DNA from: Cyanobacteria bacterium auto_48_18
Lineage (GTDB): Bacteria > Cyanobacteriota > Vampirovibrionia > Obscuribacterales > Obscuribacteraceae
Assembly (NCBI GenBank): GCA_036170915.1
Contig: JAVHQC010000011.1
Location: 121,215 to 185,214, forward strand
Direction: 5' to 3'
DNA length: 64,000 nucleotides
The notes under the pieces are model-generated. The model had not been told where the DNA came from, searched no databases, and saw only the letters and a program-made list of their open reading frames with translations. The stretch's first letter is position 1; each line of letters starts with the position of its first letter. Shown here one piece after another: positions 36,849 through 45,449 of this stretch. The position numbers were made by a program, and so were the translations under genes.

Positions 36849-38309
36849 ATGCCGAGGATGATAATGGTAGCCGGTCAGAGTCTCGAACAACCTCAATCAT
36901 CGCCAGAGAAGCGTCTCGACAGCGGTGACAATAAGGCCAATAACACTCTACCTGACGTAGATCGCGTCTCTTTGCTGCGCCAGTTCACACCAGCCGATCC
37001 TGGCATTCTCAATACCGAATTTCCGAAACTTACTATCAACGGGTGGGAAAAACACTTGCCGGGTGCCGACGCCGGTGATAAACAGGCCGCCCAGCCAGCT
37101 ACCCAAACCAAGGAACAGCGAATCGACAGCGCCAAGCAGGCTCTCGAATCTCCTGAGTCTACTGTGAAGCAGAAGATGGAAGCTATGACTTCTCTCTATA
37201 ACGATCTCGATAAGACCAACGGCAAGGTACGCGTTAGTTTGAAAGACAACGGCGTAGAGCGTGATTTTGAAATCAATCGTCAGTCAGTGGGTAAAAATGT
37301 CAACCTGATTCAGCTTCGTACGGCTGAAGCAAATGGCTCTAACCATCCCGTTTTACGTGCGGTAGAGCGCAATGGAGAGTTTGAACAACAACGCAACAAG
37401 AACGGCAGCAAAGCCGATTATCGTGGTGATTGGTGGTCTGCCAATGCTAAAGAAAGCACTATTGCTAAATTTGGACAGGGTGAGACCGCGGCCAAACCCG
37501 AAGTAAGACCGGTGGTTAAGGCCGAAACAAAAGTAGAGCCAAAAGTCGAGCCAAAAGTCGAAACAGTTCCAGTTCCGCGCGACAAACCGGCCGCTGAAGT
37601 TGTTTTGCCTCAAGTTGGGCCAATTCCAGAACAACGTAATTTTGATCCCGCCAGTCAAAATGTCAGGCCTGAGGTTAAGACTGAAGTCAGACCAGAAGTT
37701 AAGCCCGAGGCTAGCCCTGTTCAAACTGAAGTAGAACCGCGCAAGAAGCGCGAAGACATAGTTATTCCATGGAAGAAGGACCGCACCGGTGCCGACAAGC
37801 CGTCTGGCGATAATACTGTAGAAGCCAGTGACATTAAGTCATTCTATTCGCGTCAAAAAGATTCCTTCAGTTGCGCTGGTATCGCCGCGGGCATGATGTA
37901 CGCTAAGGAGCGCCAGGGCAGACCTCTGACTGATTCTGAGAACCAGAGATTTAAGGAACTCACTGGCACTACTCGGCACGGTTATCGTGGCCCGCTGCAA
38001 AAATTGGCCAATGAAATAGCCAGCACCGGTCTCACCACTAAGGCTTATGACTATGGAATGGGCAACGTGGGTGCCAAAGCCATGCAAGATCTCAATCGTG
38101 AATTAGATCAAGGTCGCTCTGCTGTTGCCAAAGTTATTAACCCAAATACAGGCAATCCGCACTATGTCTTCATTGCCGGAAGAAATTCTGAAGGCAAATA
38201 CATCATCGGCGACCCTGATAGAAAAAATACTCAACATTTCAGACCAGTATCGCAACAGTATCTGCAAAGCATCATGCGCCAACGTGATGGATTCGTGGTC
38301 GGATACTAA
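36849..38309 (+). CDS. Protein with a C-terminal C39-like cysteine peptidase domain
   Basis: Q-x5-C (RQKDSFSC), PHYVFIAG, IGDP; KPEV repeat linker; start may be 36858 or 36864. Confidence 0.8.
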   Translation: MPRMIMVAGQSLEQPQSSPEKRLDSGDNKANNTLPDVDRVSLLRQFTPADPGILNTEFPKLTINGWEKHLPGADAGDKQAAQPATQTKEQRIDSAKQALESPESTVKQKMEAMTSLYNDLDKTNGKVRVSLKDNGVERDFEINRQSVGKNVNLIQLRTAEANGSNHPVLRAVERNGEFEQQRNKNGSKADYRGDWWSANAKESTIAKFGQGETAAKPEVRPVVKAETKVEPKVEPKVETVPVPRDKPAAEVVLPQVGPIPEQRNFDPASQNVRPEVKTEVRPEVKPEASPVQTEVEPRKKREDIVIPWKKDRTGADKPSGDNTVEASDIKSFYSRQKDSFSCAGIAAGMMYAKERQGRPLTDSENQRFKELTGTTRHGYRGPLQKLANEIASTGLTTKAYDYGMGNVGAKAMQDLNRELDQGRSAVAKVINPNTGNPHYVFIAGRNSEGKYIIGDPDRKNTQHFRPVSQQYLQSIMRQRDGFVVGY

Positions 38310-38398
38310 GCCGAACTATTTTGCCGAATTATTTTGCCGAATTAGGTCGAACTATTCTGCCAGAATGCTTTGCCAGAAAGTTCTGCCAGATTAATTTG
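38310..38398. repeat. Degenerate 12-13-bp tandem array
   Basis: GCCGAACTATTTT/GCCGAATTATTTT/GCCAGAA... about 7 units. Confidence 0.65.
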
Positions 38399-38488
38399 CT
38401 GCGTAATACCCACACTGTGCTTGAGCTGCCTCTCTTGTCATAGCGTGATTCTAGATCTAAGATCACGCGGAGATATAGTTAAGGGGAA

Positions 38489-39331
38489 TTGTCAGTGACT
38501 GAACAGCCCAAACAAGTTTTTCTCGGTGGTGCCTGCGGCCTCACCACATGGCGCAAAGATATCACTATTCCGTTGATGGAAGCGGCGGGAGTAACTTATC
38601 ATAATCCGCAAATGCCACTGGGTGCATGGAAAGAAGATGATCAGTTCGATGAAATGCGACGTAAAGACGAGTGTCTGGTGCAATTGTTTGTCATCAATGG
38701 CGATACCAGAGGTGTCGCTTCAGTGGCTGAGGTGGCCTATTTAATCGGCGCTAGAAAACCAGTTGCTATTGTGATGGAAGATATTAAGGCCGATTGCACC
38801 GTTTATGGTGCCACCATCGATTCGGTGCAGGCCGATGATCTTAACCGCGGTCGCATCTATGTTAGAGCCATGGCTGATAGACATAACGTGCCTATTTTTA
38901 CGGACATCGCTCAAGGTACGAAGCATTGCATTGACCTGGTGAAAAGTCTTGAAGGCTCGTTGACTCTTTCGCAAATTGATACGGTATTGAAAGACGTCAA
39001 TTTTGCCAATCATATTTTTAAAACTGAAGAAACTTTAGGCGGGTTCAATCTGTGGATCAACGCCATAGAAAAATGCACCTTTACTGGTGAGCCGGCGATG
39101 CAGGAAGGACGCAAGTGGTTTGTCTCGACGCATTGTACGCCATCAGATGTGGTGCGCACAGCGTTTAAGGCTGTGGCCACTTGGGCTGAACATGAGGCTC
39201 GCGAAGAATTTAAATATAAGGGTGTAAGAGTGTTTGGCCCGCATTATGATCTGATTACTGCCACTGAGCATGGTGCCGTTGTCACTGAAGAGAAGGCTAA
39301 ACCTAAAGTTACGCAGCCATGTTCGGTGTAA
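38489..39331 (+). CDS. Nucleoside 2-deoxyribosyltransferase-like domain fused to an uncharacterised C-terminal domain
   Basis: VFLGGAC..TTWR, YHNPQ, TRGVASVAE; C-terminal GRKWFVS...EHEAREEFKYKG..VFGPH. Confidence 0.7.
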   Translation: MSVTEQPKQVFLGGACGLTTWRKDITIPLMEAAGVTYHNPQMPLGAWKEDDQFDEMRRKDECLVQLFVINGDTRGVASVAEVAYLIGARKPVAIVMEDIKADCTVYGATIDSVQADDLNRGRIYVRAMADRHNVPIFTDIAQGTKHCIDLVKSLEGSLTLSQIDTVLKDVNFANHIFKTEETLGGFNLWINAIEKCTFTGEPAMQEGRKWFVSTHCTPSDVVRTAFKAVATWAEHEAREEFKYKGVRVFGPHYDLITATEHGAVVTEEKAKPKVTQPCSV

Positions 39332-40413
39332 GAGAAACTACTGATACTGATATAGGACAAAGCGTCAAAGCAAATCTTCCTGTAGTAAACGCTTCCGCCT
39401 ATTTTAGAGCGTGCCTTGAAGATAACACGGCAGAAAAGGCCAGGGCAGCCGCAGAGCTTGGTGGCCAGATCAAAGCTGCATGTCATTCAGCCGGCATGTT
39501 CTATTTAGTCGGGCACAATATAGACGCTGCTTTACTCGACGAAGTGCTAACTAGAACAGCGGATTTTTTCGCCACCAGCCAGAGTGCTAAAGACGCAATC
39601 TCGATTAAAAACTCGCTTCATGCGCGGGGATACGGACTGCTGAAAAATTACCGCGACTGGCGTGAGCAGATTCACTTAGGTCCAGAGGCAAAACTTCCCC
39701 AGGGTCTTAGCAGCGCAGTTAGCAGTGCACCTTACTGGCAGCTGTGGGGCGAAAATCAATGGCCCGAAAGTGCTGAGTTCAAACACACCATGCTCAATTA
39801 TTTTGATGCTGTTGAGTCGCTTTCGCGAATAATGTTGACCGTACTTGCCTCAGCAATGGAGATGCCCGCTGATTTCTTCACCAGTCGCATGAAGGACAGG
39901 CCGTATTTATTGCTCAAAGCTATGTCTTATTTGCCTCAAGAGATCAGTACCCCTGACACACAGGTGCAGAGTGGTGTTACCGCTCACTGTGACTGGAGCT
40001 GGCTCACTTTTTTAATTCAGGATCAAGTTGGTGGCCTCGAAGCACAAGATGCAGCTGGTGTCTGGCACCGTGTGCCGGCCTTAGATGGCGCAATCGTGGT
40101 CAATACCGGCGAACTGTTGGAAATTGAGACTGGCGGTTATTTGCGTGCCAGCGCCCATCGAGTCATCAATGCTCGTATCGATCGGCAGCGGTTTTCGGTG
40201 CCGGTCTTTGTCAATCCGGCCTTAGACGCTCTGGTGATTCCCGGTACGCCAAGCTCTGCTATTGAGGCCAATTCTGAGAGTGACGACCACATTCACAAAG
40301 TAATCAAACCAGGCACCAGTTTAAGTAATTTCGTCTTTGGTGACAGCGAATTTGAGCGCAAAATCAAAGGGCAATGGTGTTTTGCTGCCGAATGTACCGC
40401 CAGGGCTGTTTAG
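39319..40413 (+). CDS. 2OG-Fe(II) oxygenase (IPNS/PcbC family)
   Basis: GMFYLVGH, HCD (HxD), HRV, RFS (RxS). Confidence 0.92.
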   Translation: MFGVRETTDTDIGQSVKANLPVVNASAYFRACLEDNTAEKARAAAELGGQIKAACHSAGMFYLVGHNIDAALLDEVLTRTADFFATSQSAKDAISIKNSLHARGYGLLKNYRDWREQIHLGPEAKLPQGLSSAVSSAPYWQLWGENQWPESAEFKHTMLNYFDAVESLSRIMLTVLASAMEMPADFFTSRMKDRPYLLLKAMSYLPQEISTPDTQVQSGVTAHCDWSWLTFLIQDQVGGLEAQDAAGVWHRVPALDGAIVVNTGELLEIETGGYLRASAHRVINARIDRQRFSVPVFVNPALDALVIPGTPSSAIEANSESDDHIHKVIKPGTSLSNFVFGDSEFERKIKGQWCFAAECTARAV

Positions 40414-41192
40414 TCTTTAACAGGGCGACCAGGGTAAGTATGAACTGTCGGTTTCAAACTAGAATCCAACGCAACGCGTTCGTCAAAAACGAAGCACTCG
40501 CCCTGCCAGTGCTCTCCGCCAACTTTCTCAAGATAACCAAGAATACCGCCGTGCAACTGATAAACGTGCGGCATACCGATTTCGTGCAGGTAGAGCGCAG
40601 CTTTTTCACAACGGATGCCACCAGTGCAAAAGGAGACAATAGTCTTGTCTTTAAGATCGCTTTGCTCAGCTAAGGTGGCTTTGATGGCGTCAGGAAACTG
40701 GCTGAATTTTTCAATGTCAAAACTTACGGCGTTTGTAAAGGTTCCCATTTCAACTTCAAAACCGTTGCGGGTATCCATCATCACCACCGGCCGGCCTTGA
40801 TCGTCGAAGCCTTGCTCCAGCCAGGTCTTCAGCGTAGCTGGCTCTACATGAGGTGCCCGGTTATTTTCTGGCACAATTGTGGGATGGCGCATGGTTATAA
40901 TTTCTTTCGCTACTCGCACCACCATACGACCAAAAGGCTGGCTATCTGAGAGGCTTTCCTTGGTTTCAATATCTGAAAAACGACCGTCAAAAACTTCGTC
41001 GCGACGCAAAAAGTCTAGGAACTGATCAATAGATTCACGGCTGCCCGCCAGAAATAAATTGATGCCCTCGGTAGCTAAGAGTACTGTGCCTTTCAAAGCC
41101 AGCTGGTTACAGCGTTCTTTAAAAAGTGGCAGCAAACTTTCAGGGTCGGGAATGCCGACGAATTTATATGCGGCGATGTTGATAATGGCCAT
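40410..41192 (-). CDS. trhO: Rhodanese-domain tRNA U34 hydroxylase TrhO/YceA family
   Basis: EGIN, DTRN.FE..GTF, CTGGIRCEK, GECFVFDERV. Confidence 0.88.
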   Translation of the reverse strand: MAIINIAAYKFVGIPDPESLLPLFKERCNQLALKGTVLLATEGINLFLAGSRESIDQFLDFLRRDEVFDGRFSDIETKESLSDSQPFGRMVVRVAKEIITMRHPTIVPENNRAPHVEPATLKTWLEQGFDDQGRPVVMMDTRNGFEVEMGTFTNAVSFDIEKFSQFPDAIKATLAEQSDLKDKTIVSFCTGGIRCEKAALYLHEIGMPHVYQLHGGILGYLEKVGGEHWQGECFVFDERVALDSSLKPTVHTYPGRPVKD

Positions 41193-41255
41193 GAATAGTA
41201 TTATATGACGAGGGAAACTTTGAGTAATCAGTTAAATTGCCAAGAGGCTTACGAC

Positions 41256-41729
41256 ATGTCACATTTAAAAGTCACAGCAACATCTAGCTGTGCGTTGGTA
41301 ATAGCAGTTCTCGCTCTTAGTGCATGTTCGCAGAGCACGCCCACCACCAGTACTTCTGGAGTCGACACATATAAAGAGCAGACTACAACAACTGTGACAG
41401 TCGATAAAGAAACTGGTAAGGAAAGTCGCACAACTACAACTGAAGTGATTACTCCTGGTCGGCCGCCGGTCAAAGTTCATCGAGTAGATGTTGATGCTGA
41501 GCCAAGCGAAAAGGCGATTATCAATATCAATTCTGATGGTGCCAGTATTCGGGCCGAGACTGACGACATAGATGTAGATGTACCTGAACACCAAACAACC
41601 CGCGTGCGCGCACCATTTTTCAAATTAGATAAGAATGCTGGCACTGGTTCTGTGCACATCAAGATGCCTTTTGTTCACATCGATAAAGACGCTGGTGGCA
41701 CGGCTCGTGTGGATATTGGAAGACACTAA
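41256..41729 (+). CDS. Putative lipoprotein
   Basis: Lipobox LSAC after a hydrophobic stretch; GAGG RBS. Confidence 0.75.
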   Translation: MSHLKVTATSSCALVIAVLALSACSQSTPTTSTSGVDTYKEQTTTTVTVDKETGKESRTTTTEVITPGRPPVKVHRVDVDAEPSEKAIININSDGASIRAETDDIDVDVPEHQTTRVRAPFFKLDKNAGTGSVHIKMPFVHIDKDAGGTARVDIGRH

Positions 41730-41744
41730 AAGCCGTTAGAATCG

Positions 41745-41771
41745 GGAACTTAACTGCTCTCTTGTAGTCAA
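41745..41771 (+). promoter_or_regulatory. ECF-type promoter
   Basis: GGAAC-N17-GTCAA. Confidence 0.75.
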
Positions 41772-41805
41772 CTCTTTTGCAAGTTTAAAAGTAGGAATGA
41801 CTATC

Positions 41806-42384
41806 ATGAAAGCATCTGCCACCACAAAAACTCCAAAATCTAAAGAAGCACCTAAGAAAGACTTCGTAGCTGATGTCGAGGTAACAACCGATCTTTTGCA
41901 GGTTTTGCATAAAGACCATAAAGACGTTTCCGAACTCTTCTTTCAGTACACTCAAGCTGAGGAAGATAAAGAGAAAAAAGAACTTGTCGCTCAAATCATC
42001 AACCAGTTAACACTGCACGCCAAGGCCGAGGAGGAAGTTGTTTATCCTGCCGTACGCAAAGGTGCAGAAGATGTTAAAGACTTGATGGATGAAGCCGACA
42101 CAGAACACCATGTAGTCAAATTTTTATTGGCTGAGTTAGCTGAGATGTCACCAAAAGATGATCATTATGATTCGAAAGTGACAGTGCTTTGCGAACTAGT
42201 GAAGCACCACGTTGAAGAAGAAGAGAAAGAAATGTTCGAGAAGATCAAGACAGCAAAGCTCGACCTTGAGAGTCTTGGAAAAGAGTTCATCGCGCGCAAA
42301 GAGGTGCTCTCACAAAAGCCGCTGGCGAAAGGAAAAGTTCCGCTCACTAGAGCTAAGAGCTCAACTAAGCGCAAAGCCGCTTAG
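41806..42384 (+). CDS. Hemerythrin/HHE-domain protein
   Basis: DH, HAKAEEEVVYP, EH, HHVEEEE; alternative start 41797. Confidence 0.9.
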   Translation: MKASATTKTPKSKEAPKKDFVADVEVTTDLLQVLHKDHKDVSELFFQYTQAEEDKEKKELVAQIINQLTLHAKAEEEVVYPAVRKGAEDVKDLMDEADTEHHVVKFLLAELAEMSPKDDHYDSKVTVLCELVKHHVEEEEKEMFEKIKTAKLDLESLGKEFIARKEVLSQKPLAKGKVPLTRAKSSTKRKAA

Positions 42385-42408
42385 GCCTAGTTAGAAGAAA
42401 ATGAAAAA

Positions 42409-42439
42409 GGAGAGCGTAGTTAGAGCGCTCTCTTTTTTT
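42409..42439 (+). terminator. Intrinsic terminator
   Basis: GGAGAGCG-N9-CGCTCTCT followed by a T tract. Confidence 0.75.
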
Positions 42440-42471
42440 CTTCTCGGCCTCGGGTAGTTCTTTTTTAAAGC

Positions 42472-42535
42472 CTAAGAAATTTTACAACTTCTAAGTTGTG
42501 CAAATTAACAACCTACAGGTTGTAAAAATTCTTAG
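42472..42535. repeat. 64-bp nested palindrome, copy B
   Basis: 52/64 identical to 20635-20698, same length and orientation. Confidence 0.9.
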
Positions 42536-42603
42536 CGTTTTCCAAGGGTCATGGTCAGCACTGTCCAGGTTTAAGCAATTCTTTCCAAGCTCTTAACCAA
42601 ATG

Positions 42604-42630
42604 GAAACTTTTGCGGGCTTCGTCAGTCTG
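42604..42630 (+). promoter_or_regulatory. ECF-type promoter
   Basis: GAAAC-N17-GTCTG. Confidence 0.6.
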
Positions 42631-42660
42631 CCCTTTTATACCGTTAACTGCGAGGGCACC

Positions 42661-43239
42661 ATGAGAATTGTTGAGCTTTTGGGCAAGGCGCTTCGTCCAC
42701 TGCGTTCCAGTGACGATAAGCTGCTCGATCATCAGCCCGCTGTGGCTGCCCATCCCGAGACGATTGTTGTGACAAGCCAGGCATTTAAAAATGGTGGCAA
42801 CATCCCTATTGAATATTCGTGTGACGGCGAAGGCCTATTTCCTGCCTTACGCTGGATGGACTTGCCCCAGGGCTACGAGAGCGTCATTCTTGTGGTAGAA
42901 GATCCTGATGCACCGAAGACGATACCATTTGTTCATGGCATTGTTTACAACATTCCTCATCGCGTAAAAGAGCTTAGTGATGGTGCCGTTAAAGGCGAAA
43001 ACTTAAAACCTGAGTATCAGGGACAAGGTTTGAAAATGGGCAGGAATTCACCAGGTAAGCCCGCTTACATGCCGCCCACTCCGCCGCCTGGTCATGGCCC
43101 CCATCACTATCATTTTCAGATTATCGCGGTTGATACCATGCTCAACTTTGGCGCGCCTCCCACCTTGAGTGAGATAACAGACGCCATCAGCGGCCACGTA
43201 CTTTCGTTCGGAGAAATTGTCGGCATCTACGAGCGCTAA
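42661..43239 (+). CDS. YbhB/YbcL (PEBP family) protein
   Basis: EDPDAP, PTPPPGHGPHHYHF; ATG 42661 with GAGG RBS. Confidence 0.92.
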   Translation: MRIVELLGKALRPLRSSDDKLLDHQPAVAAHPETIVVTSQAFKNGGNIPIEYSCDGEGLFPALRWMDLPQGYESVILVVEDPDAPKTIPFVHGIVYNIPHRVKELSDGAVKGENLKPEYQGQGLKMGRNSPGKPAYMPPTPPPGHGPHHYHFQIIAVDTMLNFGAPPTLSEITDAISGHVLSFGEIVGIYER

Positions 43240-43267
43240 AGAAGCGCAAAGAATGCTGAAAATGCGC

Positions 43268-43299
43268 AAAAAAGCCCTGGTTTGAAATTACACCAGGGC
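43268..43299 (-). terminator. Intrinsic terminator
   Basis: GCCCTGGT-N10-ACCAGGGC with an A tract on the + side. Confidence 0.7.
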
Positions 43300-43307
43300 C
43301 GATTGCA

Positions 43308-43691
43308 TTATCTTGCGGTAGTGGAGTCAGCTTGACCAGCTGAAGGACTTTGCGACTGTCCCTGCTGTCCGTGCTGGATTCCCTGTTGCAATCCCTGCTG
43401 TTGGTTTTGTTGCGTCCCTTGCTGCTGACCCAGGGGCAGTCCCGCTCCCTGCTGCGTTGCCATTCCCTGATCCGTTACAGCCTGTTGCTCCTGCTGCATT
43501 CCTTGCGGTCCTTGCTGCGATCCCATTCCCTGCTGCTGAAGTCCCTGCGATGCTTGCTGCTTTTGTGCACTTTCTCTTTCACCAGCTGGTCTGTTCATCG
43601 CAAAAACCATACCGAGCGCTACGATAAAAATCGCGCTGGCGATGATCGCTTTTTTTGCATCTGTGTCTTTCGAAATCTTACTCTCAACCAT
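43308..43691 (-). CDS. Single-TM Gln/Gly-rich protein
   Basis: One TM followed by QQG repeats. Confidence 0.75.
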   Translation of the reverse strand: MVESKISKDTDAKKAIIASAIFIVALGMVFAMNRPAGERESAQKQQASQGLQQQGMGSQQGPQGMQQEQQAVTDQGMATQQGAGLPLGQQQGTQQNQQQGLQQGIQHGQQGQSQSPSAGQADSTTAR

Positions 43692-43720
43692 TGTCCTCAC
43701 CCTCGTAACTGCTAATGATG

Positions 43721-43747
43721 CTGACTTTCAAGTGGTCTATTAGTTCC
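43721..43747 (-). promoter_or_regulatory. ECF-type promoter
   Basis: Minus strand GGAAC-N17-GTCAG. Confidence 0.75.
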
Positions 43748-43760
43748 GTGGTCAAAATTT

Positions 43761-43787
43761 GGAACAATAGAAAACTATAAAAGTCAA
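43761..43787 (+). promoter_or_regulatory. ECF-type promoter
   Basis: GGAAC-N17-GTCAA. Confidence 0.75.
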
Positions 43788-43820
43788 GATATATGGCAGC
43801 AAAATGTGGAGACTGAAATT

Positions 43821-43961
43821 ATGTACAGGACTGAAATGCGACTACGGAATGAGAAGAATGCCTTGTTCACAGTGTCAATAGTGGGTCTAGTCATCCTTGC
43901 GTTTCTTGGCGTCATGTTGTTCAGCTCTATCGATGTTCAATTACTAACTGATTGGCGATAA
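43821..43961 (+). CDS. 46-aa single-TM small protein (not in the ORF track)
   Basis: GGAGA RBS; MYRTEMRLRNEKNALFTVSIVGLVILAFLGVMLFSSIDVQLLTDWR. Confidence 0.65.
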   Translation: MYRTEMRLRNEKNALFTVSIVGLVILAFLGVMLFSSIDVQLLTDWR

Positions 43962-43991
43962 AGCACCGCATAGCTGCTGATGCAAGTTGTT

Positions 43992-44052
43992 GAAAAATTG
44001 ACCATCTAACAATGTAATTACGCTGTTATAACGTTGTTAGATGGCCATTTTC
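43992..44052. terminator. Long imperfect inverted repeat between convergent genes
   Basis: CCATCTAACAATGT...ACGTTGTTAGATGG with flanking A/T tracts. Confidence 0.6.
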
Positions 44053-44069
44053 TCGCACCTTAGATTAGG

Positions 44070-45251
44070 CTAGGCAGCTCTTGGGTCTAGTACGATTTTT
44101 GTGGAGATGTCGCGACTGTCAGCAAAGAGTTTGTAAGCTGAAGCTGCTTCGCGCAACGGCATACGGTGCGAGATTACAAATCGGGGATCAATTTTGTTCT
44201 CTTCAATCATTTTGAGCAGTCGAGGCATATATTTTTGTACATGGGTTTGACCCATCTTGAGAGTCAATCCTTTGGCAAAAGCAACTCCTAAAGGAAACTT
44301 GTCAACGAGACCACCATAGACTCCTGGAATTGAGACGGTGCCACCATTGCGGCACAGGCCAATCATTTCTCTTAAGGCGTGGGTGTGGTCGGTTTCCAGC
44401 AACAGCGCATTAGCTACATTGTCGTAAAGGGCGTCGAGTGTATAACCATGTGATTCCATACCGACAGCGTCGATACACGCGTGTGGGCCGCGCCCTTCAG
44501 TTAGTTGGAAGATCTGGTCCGCTACTTTTTCTTTTGAATAGTCGATTACTTTGGCACCACTTTTTCTTGCTAGTTCTAATCTATCTTGATAGCGATCGAT
44601 GGCGATGACCTGCCCTGCACCAAGCATGAAAGCACTCTTAATGGCAAATTGGCCAACCGGGCCGCAGCCCCATACAGCAACCGTGTCGCCTTCCTTTATA
44701 TTGCAATTTTCTGCTGCCATAAACCCGGTGGGGAAGATGTCAGAGAGAAATAAGGCCTGGTCTTCGCTAATGTTTTCAGGCAGCACTAAAGCACCGACGT
44801 CACCGTAGGGCACTCGCACGTATTGCGATTGGCCACCAGAGAAACCGCCGTATTGGTGTGAAAAGCCAAAAAGGCCTGCGGTGGGATAGTGAGTGATTTT
44901 CTCTTCCACTTTGGCATCGCGATTGGAATTTTCACACAACGAGAATGTTTGATCAGCGCAAAACAGACAGTTGCCGCAAGCAATAACGAATGGAATGATT
45001 ACCCGATCGCCTACTTTGACTCGCTTGACGCTCGCACCCACTTCTACAACCCGTCCGCCGAATTCGTGGCCAAGTATGTCGCCGCTTTTCATACCTGGGA
45101 CCATACCATGATAAATGTGAATATCTGAACCGCAAATGGCAGTAGCTGTCACTTCGATTAAAATATCATTTGGATTTTCAATTACCGGGTCTTTAACAGA
45201 CTCGACCCTCACGTCATTCTTACTATGCCAAACCAGTGCTTTCATACTCAC
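44070..45251 (-). CDS. Zn-dependent alcohol/formaldehyde dehydrogenase (YbdR-like)
   Basis: ICGSD, GHE, CxxCxxC-x7-C, LSDIFPTG, GCGPVG. Confidence 0.95.
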   Translation of the reverse strand: MSMKALVWHSKNDVRVESVKDPVIENPNDILIEVTATAICGSDIHIYHGMVPGMKSGDILGHEFGGRVVEVGASVKRVKVGDRVIIPFVIACGNCLFCADQTFSLCENSNRDAKVEEKITHYPTAGLFGFSHQYGGFSGGQSQYVRVPYGDVGALVLPENISEDQALFLSDIFPTGFMAAENCNIKEGDTVAVWGCGPVGQFAIKSAFMLGAGQVIAIDRYQDRLELARKSGAKVIDYSKEKVADQIFQLTEGRGPHACIDAVGMESHGYTLDALYDNVANALLLETDHTHALREMIGLCRNGGTVSIPGVYGGLVDKFPLGVAFAKGLTLKMGQTHVQKYMPRLLKMIEENKIDPRFVISHRMPLREAASAYKLFADSRDISTKIVLDPRAA

Positions 45252-45276
45252 TTCCCTTTTAGTTTGCTAGAATCAA

Positions 45277-45305
45277 CCAAAAGCGGGGAGAGCAATGCCC
45301 TCCCC
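45277..45305 (-). terminator. Terminator-like hairpin in the ADH leader
   Basis: Minus strand GGGGAGGGC-ATT-GCTCTCCCC-GCTTTT. Confidence 0.55.
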
Positions 45306-45397
45306 AGTTTTTGTTGGTCAACTGCCTGACACTATTCGGCTTCGACAGTTGTTAATCTGGTGAAATAGTGAAAACCCAGAAACCATTTGCTCTTTCT

Positions 45398-45424
45398 CTG
45401 ACCATGCGCCAGGGTGATAGTTCC
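45398..45424 (-). promoter_or_regulatory. ECF-type promoter
   Basis: GGAAC-N17-GTCAG. Confidence 0.7.
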
Positions 45425-45449
45425 AATTTTTTTTGTTGGGCGTAAGATT

